Shown: positions 43,874 through 56,920 of the stretch, piece after piece
Layout of the letters: every line of letters starts with the position of its first letter
How positions within the stretch are numbered: the stretch's first letter is position 1
Assembly (NCBI GenBank): GCA_963693365.1
Contig: CAVNZM010000014.1
Span: 2,790,001 to 2,854,000 of the forward strand
Reading direction: 5' to 3'
Length of the DNA: 64,000 bases
Source of the DNA: Amoebidium appalachense
Lineage: Eukaryota > Protista > Ichthyosporea
Made by a program: the position numbers and the translations under genes
Notes under the pieces: model-generated
What the model was told of the DNA's origin: nothing
Seen by the model: the letters and a program-made list of their open reading frames with translations, nothing else
Database searches by the model: none

Positions 43874-45383
43874 ATAATATGCAACTTGCCTTGCAAACGT
43901 GAGCAAGGGGGAACTATTCACTGTTCCTATTGGTCGACCTTATTTATTCAAATTTGTAGCTCACCTTGACCTATGCCTTGGCCTGAGTGCCGCCAGCACT
44001 CGGCAGTTGAGCACACATAGGCCTACGCGTATGAGTGTATACCGGTAGTGCCACTGTTTTTTTATAATGGCCCTAGCCCACCGTATGTAGCAACGGCAAC
44101 TGTATGCGTCATGCCGTGTGTAGTTTGCCCACTTATTTTCCACACACTGACCATTACGAGGATGGCCTCAACCCCATCTACATAGGTGATCTCCCAGTCT
44201 CCCTGTTTGATACGATTCTTCTCTGTTTTTGCACCTCGGTCTGACTCGGGAGATCCACTGGTATCTCCCAGTGCTTCAGCATTGAAGAGAAAGTATGTAG
44301 GCCGAATCACAGTTGTTATTGCTAATAATCTTATTGTTGAAAATGCTCTCAATGCCATCGGCCCATATGAAGATTGTACAAATTTTAGCTGTCAGCAGGT
44401 CACGGCTGTGGAAGCTGCAGCTTGGATCAGGTTGAGAGGCAAAATGGAAAAGAGAGAAAGTGTGTCTGTGTTCACGGTATGTGCCGGAATTAAGTACGTG
44501 CGTGTATATGTATTTATATGTGGGCACGGTGCCTCCTGACATGTTTCGTGTGCCACATGGACGTCGATGTGTTTGGGTGCATGCAGGTGGGTGTTTTTCC
44601 GCACACGTGTGAACGCATGCATCTCTGTGCGGTTGTGTGTGCGTTTCTTTTGTGCATGAAGGTGTGCGTTGTTGTGCCCGTAAACAGGCGAGCTCATTCA
44701 GACAGTATTATGTACACTGCATGTCCGGTATAACGTTGAAGCAATAAACTCAAAGCACAGACACATCGAGTGTGTTTGGCAAAAAGCTTGAGAGGCAGCA
44801 ACAGAAGCCGGTGCTAAGCACATTGCACGGCCGTTCACTACCATCACTGTAGTCTCGATTTTACGTGCACGTTGTCATTTCATCACCAATCACCAGGATT
44901 TTTAGGGAAATAATAGTCCCCACAACAGCCATTAATTCAGGCTGTGTCTATGGTGTCACACTTGCACATGACCTGCCTGTTGAAGTTGTCCGTTTTATCA
45001 ACAATGTGGAGGCTCTCGGTACACTGCTCGATCGGTATCATCGCGTGCACGTGGCTTTCGGGTTTGTGTTTTTTTTTTTTTTTTTTGGGGGGGGGGGGGG
45101 GGGTCATCTTTCGCGTTCACTCAGACTGGGCGTTGCAACTGCGTCCAACCTCCTCTAAGGACTTCTGTGAGCGCCCCCCCCCCCTTCTCGTTCTCTCTCT
45201 CCCTCTCTCTCTCTCCCCCTCTCCCCCTCTCTGGGGGCCTCCTCCTCCCCCCCCCCACCCCCTCTCTCCCCTCGCCCCTTTTCCCAAACAATTCCCCCAC
45301 CGTTCTTCTTTCTCAGCCGGCTAGGTTTTTGGGCTGCCTGGTAAGTTTTGAAATGGTGCTCTCGTCTCTGATCTGTCTGCCAC

Positions 45384-45431
<48 letters not shown>

Positions 45432-45748
45432 CATCTCCTCTCCCCCCCCCCCCCCCCCCCCTCCCTTCCCCCTTCGCCCTTCCCCGGCCCACTCCCCCCC
45501 CCCCCCCCCCCCTCCCCCCTTTCCCCTCCTACCTTCTTTCCCCCCCCCCCCCCCCCCCCCCCATCCCCTGGCCAAACCCTGTATACACTCTTCTCATCAG
45601 CAGGTCTCTAACCCACTCTGCAGAACGTTTTACGCATTTCTCCCCTTGGAGAACTTGGTCGTTGGTGCGTTTTTGTCTGATATCTAACGACTCTGCAGGG
45701 TCCCCTGAGACTACTGACACTCTAACATTCCCTCCCCTCTCTGCCTTC

Positions 45749-45782
<34 letters not shown>

Positions 45783-45976
45783 TTCCCCTCCTCCTTCCCC
45801 TCCCATTTTCTCTGCACACTCAGCAGGTCTTAACCAGCTCTGCACATCGTTAGTCACAATCTTCTCTCATTTATGAGAGAATGATCGTATTGGTACGCTT
45901 TGTCTAATATCTGACGATTCTGCAGCATCCCTAAGACCCCCCCTCCCCCCCTCCCCCCCCCCCCCCCCTCCCCTCC

Positions 45977-46048
<72 letters not shown>

Positions 46049-47010
46049 GCGCCTGTTGTTTTGCTTGTCATTTGTTGTTCTGGTTGGTTACCTGTAATCT
46101 TCGTTTATTTATGTGTGTGTGTGTGTATGTATGTATGTTGTGCGGGGTTGCACACACCGGTGCCTACTTTTCTTCCCACTGTTTTTCTCTCCACACACTT
46201 CATCTGTCCACTTCTGCATACCCCCTCTCATAGCTATAGACACACTTCACACATTGCGTTACGCGCACGCATGCACACACAGCTCTGTTGGCGACAGCTC
46301 CCTTGGAACCCATGCGGCATGTTACCCGCCGGCGTAACATAACTCGGACTATCGGTTTGGCTTTTTTCAAGCCCAAAGCAATGGGTGATACCATATTTCC
46401 GGCTGACATCCGGGGGCATAGCTTTCCGTTCGAAGACGTTAAAGTTCCGCCCTAGTAAGCGTGTTACTACCCTGCGGCGTGGGTCAAATCTCATATTTTC
46501 CCCTCTGATTGCGAATTCTGCGGCCTTCGGAACTTAATTCTTTTCAGCTGGTGTAGTATGTTAGCCAGGGAAGTATCGACTTAGGTAGCGACGGGGGAGC
46601 TTCCCAGAAGCCCCGTCTCCTGAATTCCTATTTCCCACTAGCGTTGCTGCGGCTAGAACCGTGGGATAAAGGCGTAACTAAAAATAGTGCCAGTTGGGGT
46701 CAATTAGAGTCCTGACTTATGAGTGTGCTATACAGTACGATCTGTGTCTAGGCGGAAGACGGTAAGCTCCCTGAGGCAGTGCCTCGCCGGGAGTGAAACG
46801 GGATAAAATAAAAAAATCCTGAGTTCCTATCTATATTTTTCTTGCTTCTGCTTACTGCTGCAACTTTAACCCCCGGCCTTTCCCACTGCCCTTGCCTGCA
46901 TAAGCAACCCTGCTCGTCTCTGATCAAGACGGGTGAGCTACCCATGTTCAAGTGAAACAGTATCTGAGTTGGGTTTCGTTAACGAGGTGAATAGGTCGAA
47001 ACTCGGGTGC

Positions 47011-47135
47011 GGATGACGTGGGCCCCCCCTGAGGATGGGCTCTGCTTATTATGCATACTCTTTATGAATGGCTTGCATTCTGCATCGTGTTATCCGTTTG
47101 TTCTTGTGTACTTCGTACTTACACGACGCATTCAA
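47011..47135 (+). repeat. Reference copy of a ~130-nt dispersed repeat family
   Basis: Consensus GGATGACGTGG(C)nTGAGGATGGGCTCTGCTTATTATGCATACTC...GTGTACTTCGTAC...GCATTCAA(C)n. Other copies at ~3972-4043 (+), 4500-4630 (+), 4896-4989 (+), 11681-11775 (+), 37985-38078 (-), 38190-38321 (-), ~39225-39330 (-, degenerate) and 62206-62322 (-). Confidence 0.85.
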
Positions 47136-47385
47136 CCCCCCCCCCCCCCCCCCCCCCCCCCCTCCCCCCTCCCCCCCCCCCCCCCCCTCTCTGCCGCCGC
47201 CGCGCGACCACCACCACCTCCTTTTCCCTCGATAGTGAGCCATAAGGTAGGCTATGTACATAGGCGTACAGCCAAAATGGAGAAACCTAACGTTCACCAA
47301 GTCATTTTTCGCGGCCATCGTTTTCGGTGCACCAACATCAACGCGAAAGATATCATGGGTCCCGGGTCTGTGCATGCTCACATGG

Positions 47386-47521
47386 AAAAAAAAAGTAACA
47401 AGAAAAAACTTTGAAAGAAATGTAGAAAGAAAAGAAAAAGAAACAAAAGGAGAAAAAAAAAAGTAACAAGAAAAAACTTTGAAAGAAATGTAGAAAGAAA
47501 AGAAAAAGAAACAAAAGGAGA
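47386..47521 (+). repeat. ~68-bp A-rich tandem duplication
   Basis: (A)nGTAACAAGAAAAAACTTTGAAAGAAATGTAGAAAGAAAAGAAAAAGAAACAAAAGGAG occurs twice. Confidence 0.9.
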
Positions 47522-47955
47522 AATGCTAACAGTACTGAGCCGTGAACAATTGGTAGGGGCCACTCTCAATAAAACGGTCTGTGCAGCCAAAACAGCGAGG
47601 GAGAGGGAATAGAGACTCTCTTGAGCAACGTGCATAAGTATCATTAAGGTTTTTTAAAGCCATCAGTGAAGCAGAAGGAACAGAGAATTTTGAGTAACGT
47701 ACAGAGCATCATTATATTTTTGGCTTTCATGCCATTCAGGGTGTGGCCAGCACACCTGTATATTACAATTTATCACGGTTACATACTCTGCAAGTCAGTC
47801 GACTATGCAGGCTTATACATACAGTTTAGTTACATACGTCATTCACAAGCATTATTTAGCTCTTAGGCTACCAGCACCCAGCTTATACGTTAAATAATTT
47901 ACGGTACACAACCTTACATGGCTTTCGCAATATTCATTCGAGGAGTCATAACTCC

Positions 47956-48786
47956 TTACGCAATAACTGATGCCGTCTGTTTCACCCAGTAGGTGGCATA
48001 GGGCGCATATCGTACAACGGCATGTCTCACGGCGCTTCGTGCGGGGGCACCGCCAAACATGTCACTGTCGGACGGGGGAGTGGCCGCGGGCGTCAACACG
48101 CCGGGCGGGGGGGTATCGAGTTTGGTCAAACGTGCGGTATGCACTTCCATTGCATACGCAGGGTAGCATTGAGGAACGGGGGAGGGGGCCCTCTGTACTG
48201 GGGCAGGAGCAGGTTTAGAGTTTTGGGGCCTGCTCATAAATGAAGAAAGAATAAGCTGGCGGGCGGCAGGGGGGAGGCAAGTCAGACCCTCGCTCCCCCG
48301 ACCACTGTAGATTACTGTTGCCCATTGCTCAAACGTCGAAACATCGACAAAGAGGTTGTAGTCAAACTGCTCGAGGATATACCGTTCGAGACTGCAAACG
48401 TACTTAGTGTCGAGGCCGGCCCACATTGCCCAGTGGCGATTCTTAAAGGATGAATCGTCGACGTACTTGGAGGCGAGCATTATGCATCCAAGGAAAATGC
48501 AGTGGTTGCATCCGAGTACACTTTTCTGCACTGTTGAGTACCGGTGCATGTACAGAAGGGAGGTAATCAGAACGGCACGTGTAACACGGCCTTTGCGCAG
48601 GAGTGTGGTGATAAAGGAGCCAAGGGGCATGGAGTGTGCGTGTGGTGGGGCGGAATCATCTGCGGTTGTTGGGAGTGTGTATGTCTCGGCTGCGGGTGAT
48701 AGCTGGGCAAGCTCGTGTGCGGCATCATGCATGGCGGAGAAGGGATGCTGGGGACGGGGCCCTGCGCTAGTCGCACAACACGCCAT
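47956..48786 (-). CDS. Pho85/PCL-family (cyclin P/U-like) cyclin, single exon, 276 aa
   Basis: Cyclin box with LLYMHR, IFLGCIMLASKYVDDSSFKNRHWA and LER..L..FDYNLFV, matching the Pho80/Pcl signature LAxKYxDDxxxxNxxWA. ATG in A-rich context (AAACAAAAAATG), TAA stop and a Pro/Thr-rich C-tail. Confidence 0.92.
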   Translation of the reverse strand: MACCATSAGPRPQHPFSAMHDAAHELAQLSPAAETYTLPTTADDSAPPHAHSMPLGSFITTLLRKGRVTRAVLITSLLYMHRYSTVQKSVLGCNHCIFLGCIMLASKYVDDSSFKNRHWAMWAGLDTKYVCSLERYILEQFDYNLFVDVSTFEQWATVIYSGRGSEGLTCLPPAARQLILSSFMSRPQNSKPAPAPVQRAPSPVPQCYPAYAMEVHTARLTKLDTPPPGVLTPAATPPSDSDMFGGAPARSAVRHAVVRYAPYATYWVKQTASVIA

Positions 48787-48789
48787 TTT

Positions 48790-49070
48790 TTGTTTGTTTA
48801 CGCTTTCTGTTCACGAGTATTATGAGAGTTTTTTTTGACTCTTCGTATCTGTCTTGTAAGACTGTAGGACAGTGACTCATAAAGATGACTGAGTACGTAC
48901 AGGTGGCGTGTTTTGAAGTTTTACGTATCGGAACACTCCACAAACGTGATGCGAGTCATGAGAGAATTCTTGCGGAGGCTTTTATCGACCTCCTACGCCA
49001 GAGAGGTATGCGAGGAATGTTACCGCGGAATGCGATTGAGCCAGGGCGCTTGCGGCCAATCAGGAGGCAT
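48790..49070 (-). promoter_or_regulatory. Putative proximal promoter of the PCL cyclin
   Basis: GTGACTCAT (AP-1/GCN4 consensus) at 48872-48880, TATA-like GATAAAAG on the minus strand near 48978-48985, and CCAAT at 49056. Confidence 0.4.
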
Positions 49071-52000
49071 GCAATAGTGGAAGTCTTTTCTCCCCGGGAA
49101 TGGGTAGGCCTCTCTTTCAATAATATCAATTAGGGGAGTGAGTGTAGTTTTATAATCCTCTCAAAATACACCTTGAATTCTGTTTATTATGTATTTAGAA
49201 GTTTGGTTTCGACGGCAAGATTCTGTTTTTCCCATGTCAGTTGTGACCCAAAACTGCCCGGTCATGCTGATTGGTGGAGAGTCTGGGACTGTGGGGTGAT
49301 AACAGCGGCTTCTGAACTTTGGCACTTCATTCGTTTCTCTTAAAAAAATATATAGTATTACTGAATAATGGTAGGGTGTACAACCTATAAGACAGTCTAT
49401 ATATTGTGTAGAGGGATCATAAAACGTGAACGTGACTGCATGCAGCCAGCGCTTCCATCATCATGGCCATATTGTCAGTTTTATAAACTTCGGCTGCGCT
49501 ATACTACAGTTATTATTGCCTGACTTGATGATTGGCCCAAATTTGCTCTCTATGATCAAAACGGGAGCCAATCGAGGGAGCACACCGCATAGTTTCCATA
49601 TTCGGTTTACAGAAACAAACATTGAAGATCACTGTCTTATGGCGTTTTTTCATGTATGTTAGATCTTTCTTGCAGGCAGAAAGTAAAGTTAGTTACTCTT
49701 GACATAAATAAAGGCTCAGAGACCTGTTTTGGCAACTGGGAAGGTGCAAAAGTATTTCCGCTTACAGAGGATTCTGAGAGGAACTGAGCAATTGATAGTG
49801 AACATCCAATTGCACGGATGCTGAGGAAGAATTCCGGGTAAAGTGAGACATTCGTCACATTCCATTTTTTGGTTGGTCGATAGTCATGCGCCTTTTATTT
49901 GAGGTTTATGAGTCACTGGCCAATCATGCCTTTGCTTGCGTCAAAAAAACCCGACGATCCCCAATCATTGCCATTAGACAATCTCATTTCTTGGAATAAT
50001 AATGTATATGCATGATGTATTTGAATTTTAATGCTCTTATAGTTGAATTCGAATAATATTTGAAGAATCCTATCGCTGCATTGTAAACAGAGCATCATTG
50101 GCCGATAGAAATTTGTAGATGAAACGGTCACGCTAAGTCACAATCGGTCACATTCCAGCTAAACAAAAGAGCCCAATCAGCTGCAACTCTTTTATTTGGG
50201 TGGTCATACGGGATTGGCTCTAAGGTTAGCACCAATCAAAACGATCCTCTTTCTGATGGAATGCACGGCGTGCTGTGGCCGGGGCTCGCCTTGGCCAGAT
50301 GATGCCATCGTGAGAAAATCCACTCACAAGATTCCCAGGGCATCAAAATAATAATCGGTGCTCTCGGAAGAGGCCAGTGTGTGTAAAAAGTGTAAAAAAA
50401 GATATTTATATGAGCCACATGTAAATATATTGATACTGGTATCCTTTTCTATGTTTGCGCACCATGCCGTTATACTGTTACAGCAGGCAGTAGATCTTGC
50501 GTTATTTGATCGATGGTGGCGGGCAAGAGGGGCGAAAGGCTGCGATTCAACATATTGATAGTTAACGTTCAAAAACCGATAAAAATACTTCCTTCATTTT
50601 GACGCGCCTGTTTTATGTTTTTATGCGTTTTCTTTCGGCGTCGGCAGCCTGACCGGTATACCACAACAGCACTATTCAAGCTGTCAAGTTGTGCAGCCAG
50701 TGAGCCGAAGGCCGGCGGCTCTATGCTCATCTTATATCTGGACCAAACTTTGGCCCACATTCGCGCGGCGGCCGCCGCGGCTCAGACGCCGTCACGAACA
50801 TGCACGGACACACGCAAAGTGATGCGGCGGGACGGTGTGACCGAGAAACGCAACACAACGGAACATTCGCGTGTATTCTGGAAGAACTTCGGCTGTCTGC
50901 CTGCCACGTGTGCACCCGTAACGACACAATATTCACAAGACCACGTGTTTGACGGTCCTTTGACTCATTCACGGGCCGTGATCATGATGAGTCTGTGACT
51001 CCGCCCTTGTAAATTTAAACAGATATTCCGGGCCGGGCCAACATGTTTTCCCGGAACAAAGTTTGCACAAACGACACAGCAGACAAACAGAGCGTTTGAA
51101 ACTTTTTTGGTTTTGGTTGGGGTCTGGAGTTTTTGGTTATTCAATGAACACTATGTAGTACTGGCATTATGAAGCCAACTATCCTGAAAAGGAAACATTA
51201 TATGCACTCATTCATCCGTCTTTTTCACACGTGTTGCATGTTGCGTGTGAGGTCTTCTATAGTAATGCATATAATGGGCTTTCTCATAATAAGGGTTTGC
51301 ACATGCATAAATTCCGTGCAAGCATGGCCTCTTGCTATTTAACATCTAACCACAAGGGTTTTTTGAAGAATGCACCCACGGATAATTCACGGATGTGCGC
51401 GCATCGGATCTGACAGCCTGAGGCAATACCGTTACTTTATGTTGTTCCGCCCACATCTCACATGCATGATGAGCATTTCTCATTGAGAGGCTGAGCTAGC
51501 TAGACTCTCACACTGCCCCACTATTGTGGCTGCATGCGCATGTTATTATTATTTAGATTTGGGCCATCTTCACATGGGTTTACCCCGCCCCAAACACACT
51601 ATATAGCTGGTCATACGCAAAAATCTTGTGCTTGCACGAGTGCGTATTTGAAAGCCACACGCTTTCTGATAGATAACGATCGAGCTGGCTAGGCGGCTGT
51701 GGGCGTTTTCTATCAGCTTGCCATCGTGCGTTCCTGCACGTGTTTTTTATCGAGCTTGCAAGCTAGCCTGGTGGATGCACACTTGCTATGGACCACTTTG
51801 GATCTATAATAGGCCGATCTGTGGAATGCGGCTCTGGAGCCATAGGGCCTTCCCGTGTGCAGACTGCGCAGCCGCGGCGCCATGGTTTTCCGTGCGAAAC
51901 TTACAACACCTACAAGAACTGAAGCGACTCTATCTAACCTACTTTAAGCTAGTATAAGCGCACTTTTAGAGTAGTGAGTAATTGTATATGACACAAATAA

Positions 52001-52658
52001 CAACAGTTTAAAATATTGGTTAAACAATCAAAAGCCCCGCACGCACATGCCTGCTCATCAGTAGAGCTGCAGTCTACCTCCGGAGTCTAGATCTGTGGAC
52101 GTGGTGGTATGGTGTGTGGTTCACGGAACTATGGTTAGAAGACGCCGTGATGTGGCCCAGTAGAGTGAAAAAGAACCTATAAGAGCCAAAGGTTATGCAG
52201 AGACCACTTTAACCCGGTCACTGCAACTTTTTTTGTGTCATCGACAACAAGCCACTACACCTCAAACCTGTTACCGGAGCTTGTCCCACTGTACGCCCGT
52301 TCCAGAAGGTGCAAACAGTGGGGTTTTGGTGCTACCACTCAGAAGAAGCCAAATAAACATGACTTGGTTGTTCAGGCATAGGCTCAAGTTTGTCCCACCC
52401 CCATCATGCTCAACTTATACACTGCCCATAACCACCCACCTGCCCGCCCCTGACTGCATGGGAAGGCCCGCCCGTACTAGTCCCCCCTCTACACAACTAA
52501 CTTAGGCAAGAACACCGGGCCGTAAGAAACACACACACACACATACAAACAAAAATACACACAAACACACACACACACACGCACACACGCACACACGCAC
52601 ACACACATGTCGTACACACACACACACACACAGACACACACACACACCAGAGTGAGAA

Positions 52659-52697
<39 letters not shown>

Positions 52698-52707
52698 ACG
52701 AGAGAGG

Positions 52708-52754
<47 letters not shown>

Positions 52755-53203
52755 CCGTGACACACACACACACATAAACACACAAATAACTACATGTAAA
52801 CAAGGCAGCTTGACCTCGCTCACTTCAACACTTCTTACACAGATCTGTTACCTTCTCCATATCGACCCCACCTTCCCCAGCCGCCCCACCCAAACCCCAC
52901 TTTTGCCCGCCAGCCCCCCCCCCCCCCCCCCCCCCCCTTTCCGAAGTTCCTTATGCCTTCCTTCCTCCCCCTTCCTCCCTCCCTCCCCCCACCACCTCCC
53001 TCCCTAGGCACCTACAAGAGAGGCGGGGCAACAAGGTGCCCCTGTCGAGGGAGGGGAAAGAGAGGGGGGGGGGGGGGGGGGGGGGGAGGGGGGAGGGTCC
53101 CGGGAGGGAAGGCTAGGAAGAGGACCGTGAGAGCATAACAACGTACACCTTCACTGACGTCGACATACACTCACACCTGAACGCGTGTGCGTGCGCGTGC
53201 GCG

Positions 53204-53256
<53 letters not shown>

Positions 53257-53319
53257 ACATACAGACAAACACGTGACACATACTCTAACAAACACCCACT
53301 CACGGGATTGAAACACACA

Positions 53320-53368
<49 letters not shown>

Positions 53369-53433
53369 ACACACACAGACAAACACACGACACATACTCT
53401 AACAAACAAACACCCACCGGATTGCAACACACA

Positions 53434-53535
<102 letters not shown>

Positions 53536-53722
53536 ACACACATATACGCACACACAAAGAATACACACACAGACGTGTGCATACACACACGTGCACGCAA
53601 GGGCACACACACACACACACACAAGCATATACAGACGCCTAAGTGTACGCGTGCACAAATACACACGCAAACGTGACACAATCACTCACACACACACAAA
53701 CACACACACACACACTGCGTCT

Positions 53723-53849
<127 letters not shown>

Positions 53850-54237
53850 ATCTTAATGTCACACACAGTACACACACATGCGCAATACACACACACACTT
53901 ACCCTGTGTAACGTTATAACAAACGACACACTGGCACAGTATATTAACCGGCCTCTTTTGGTGCAGTGGCGGTTTGCAAACACCCACGGTCCGGGTTAGT
54001 GCTAGCCCAAGACAACGTAACGTTAGATATAATTAGCAGCTTCTGCGCAGATCTTGTGTAGGGAGAGAACAGACAGGTAGATGTACAAAGACTTAGAATA
54101 GAAAGAGAGCTGCCGGGTGTGCATTTCTTTTATCCGTGAGCAAGAGAAAGAAAAACAATACAGTTAAGTAGCAAGCATCTAATTCGACTTGTTTCATGTT
54201 AGTGGCAGTACATAGTGGGCTCGTACCGATACTAGTG

Positions 54238-54610
54238 CTACCTCTGCACACTGCACTGTGCAACAAAACACGTTGCACTCAAGTGACAAAGTTTGGATGC
54301 AAGGGATACTTGACGAGACGATATATGCAACAAGTAATTTATTACAAAAAGAACAACAGGGTGTCTGTCAGAGTCTGCTGGTTGCGTTGGACGGTGTGGA
54401 AAACAGTCATGATGTGTTTTCGACCGAAACGCCTTCCCGTTGTCTGTATGTGTATGGCTGACAGGGCATTCCACAAAAAGGTGGACTGAATGATCACGCT
54501 GTACGTGTGTATAATGTTCACACGCCATGCCTACTCTACCCCCAGAGAGTGTATTTGGCAGAAACGCACCATGCAGGCAGTAAATGTTCAACACCCGTAG
54601 TACTTGTGCA
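54238..54610 (-). mobile_element. Degenerate LINE ORF2 C-terminal remnant (zinc-knuckle region)
   Basis: Translation LNIYCLHGAFLP...ACEHYTHVQRDHSVHLFVECP resembles the CxxC...[DE]xxxHLFxxC motif of L1/Tx1-type ORF2, with the second Cys replaced by Tyr. No TSD found. Confidence 0.4.
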
Positions 54611-55002
54611 TATGTTTAACTACGGTGCATGTGTGATGCCCTCATGATCACGAATGGCTAAGAAAAACGCCCAACGCAACAAGCCTGCAAACCCCAAAAT
54701 AACTAAGACGATAGAAATTATCATCTATAATAAAAAGCATCTGTGTAGCATTTTGAGGAAAAAGCAAATATTGTTACGTAAAGGGGTTTGTCTTTGCCAG
54801 AAGTAGCTTCTACGTCGGGCAGCTGGAGCCGCTGCCAGGCAGCCCGACAAACGACGGCCCTATGGCGGCCAACCTCGGGTGTTGGAGCGAAGCAAAAAAT
54901 TGATCGATTTTTGAATAGTAGATCCAAAGTGGTCCTATATCTTTCAGACGTGCAGATAACAGTGCTGCATCAATCCTGCTGAATATTGGCGAAGGGCAGG
55001 CT

Positions 55003-55043
<41 letters not shown>

Positions 55044-55233
55044 TGGGGGGGAGGGGGGGGGGGGGGGGGGGGGGGGGGGATCATGGCATTCGGAAAGCAC
55101 TACCCAAATATTTGTAGGCATACGTATACTTATGTCATTTGCCCAGTGATTGCCTATTAGGGAAGTGACACTGAGATGGTGAGGCCCGGCAGCTCAGGAG
55201 GGGAGGGGCCGGGGAGGTGAAGGGGGTGGTGGT

Positions 55234-55305
<72 letters not shown>

Positions 55306-55545
55306 GGATCGGGCGATCTGGTGTTTGTTCTCTTCTCGGTTCAAGAGATGGTACGGGTGACAGCCCTTACTACGAGCTATTAGCCAAATGCAACTTCATG
55401 ATAGCAAATGGTTGACAATATATGTGTGGTCGTCAACATGAACTCTGAACAATTGATACATAAATGCATACTGTTCATCACCATCGGTGCACGTGGGTGC
55501 TCCCTTCACACTAGGGGAGAGGGACGTGGGTTGGGAGGGGGGGGG

Positions 55546-55612
<67 letters not shown>

Positions 55613-56353
55613 GTGCGCACGCCAGCTTTATGATGCAGGCCCACCCAATGCACGGCGTTGCCCTGGTACATTTATAGGGATTGTGTCGTTAAATGTGGTT
55701 TGCTCACGGGGACAGTACTCCCCCCAGGGACATTAGCCTCTTTTCGTAACTATGTAGATTCAATTCCTGCTGCGGAGACCCCCCACTTGGGGGGTTTTCT
55801 GTGAGAGACAGTCCTAAATTCGGCTCAGTTTGATTTGGTAGTTTGCTTCGCCTTTCTTGCCTAGGCTTCCACCCAAGTGAGTCACGGGTGTATAGTTATC
55901 CTGTAAATCCGCTATATGTATAGCTCGGGGGCGGCAGCTCGTCTCGTGTGTGACCATGCTGGAAAACACAGCAGTAAGCCACACATGCACACGTGGGGCA
56001 GTACTCCCACCGTTTCCAAATATAGACCGTGTCAACCAAAAAACCAAACCTTTATGACCTTATCCCCTTCCCCCTAGCTCCCCCCTCGACCCAAGCCCCC
56101 CCCCCCCCCCCCCCCCCCTCCCCCCCCCCCCCCCCTTCCTCTCCCCCTCCCCTCCCGGCCTTTCCTTGCACCAAACACATACACACTCATCAAAACAATA
56201 TTGGATTTGACAGTAGCGTCACTTGCCCCTCCCCCCCCTCCTCCCCCCCCCCCCCCCCCCCCCCCCCACTCCTCTCCCCCCCCCCCCCCCTCCCCCCCGC
56301 CTCTCCCAGGGCCTCTCACTCCGATAACTCTCTCTCTCTCTCTCTCTCAACCT

Positions 56354-56399
<46 letters not shown>

Positions 56400-56920
56400 C
56401 TCTCTCGCTCTCTCTCTATCTCTCTCTCTCTCTCTCCCCCCCCCCCCCCCCCCCCCCTTTGCTCTCTCTCGCTCTCCCCCCCCCTCCCCCCCGAGGCTCC
56501 CTCTCTCTCTCTCTCCCTCCCCATCTCCCCCCCCCCCCCCCTCTCTCTCTTCCCCCTACCCTCCCCCCCCCAACGTCTCTCGTCCCCTCCCCGTTCCCTT
56601 CCCCCCTCCCCCCCCCCTCCCCCCCCCCCCCCCCCCCCCCCGGCCCCTTCCCTCCCCCCATCTCAGTCTCGATATAATTTACGGCCTACTCACACACCAC
56701 TACAATTCTACACATCGTTACGGTATCGTGCATATGCATCAACGCACGTTCACAACTTATGGTATGATGTTCATGATATATGCAGCCCCAAATATTTTAA
56801 AATCAGGGGCAAGGGGAGAAGAGGCTGTTGTTGGATGTAGTTGAAGAAGGCGGTTGTGGGCCCTCTGAGGGGAGAGGGGAGGGGAAGAAGGGTTCAGACA
56901 TTACCAAAAGCATGTAAATT

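Noticed and set aside
47340-47380. ISWVPGL as an RNase H motif
   Set aside because: Lacks the His and any other RNase H/RT motif.
54420-54460. HTDNGKAF as a retroviral integrase core motif
   Set aside because: No flanking DDE context; the adjacent HLFVECP fits a LINE zinc-knuckle remnant better.
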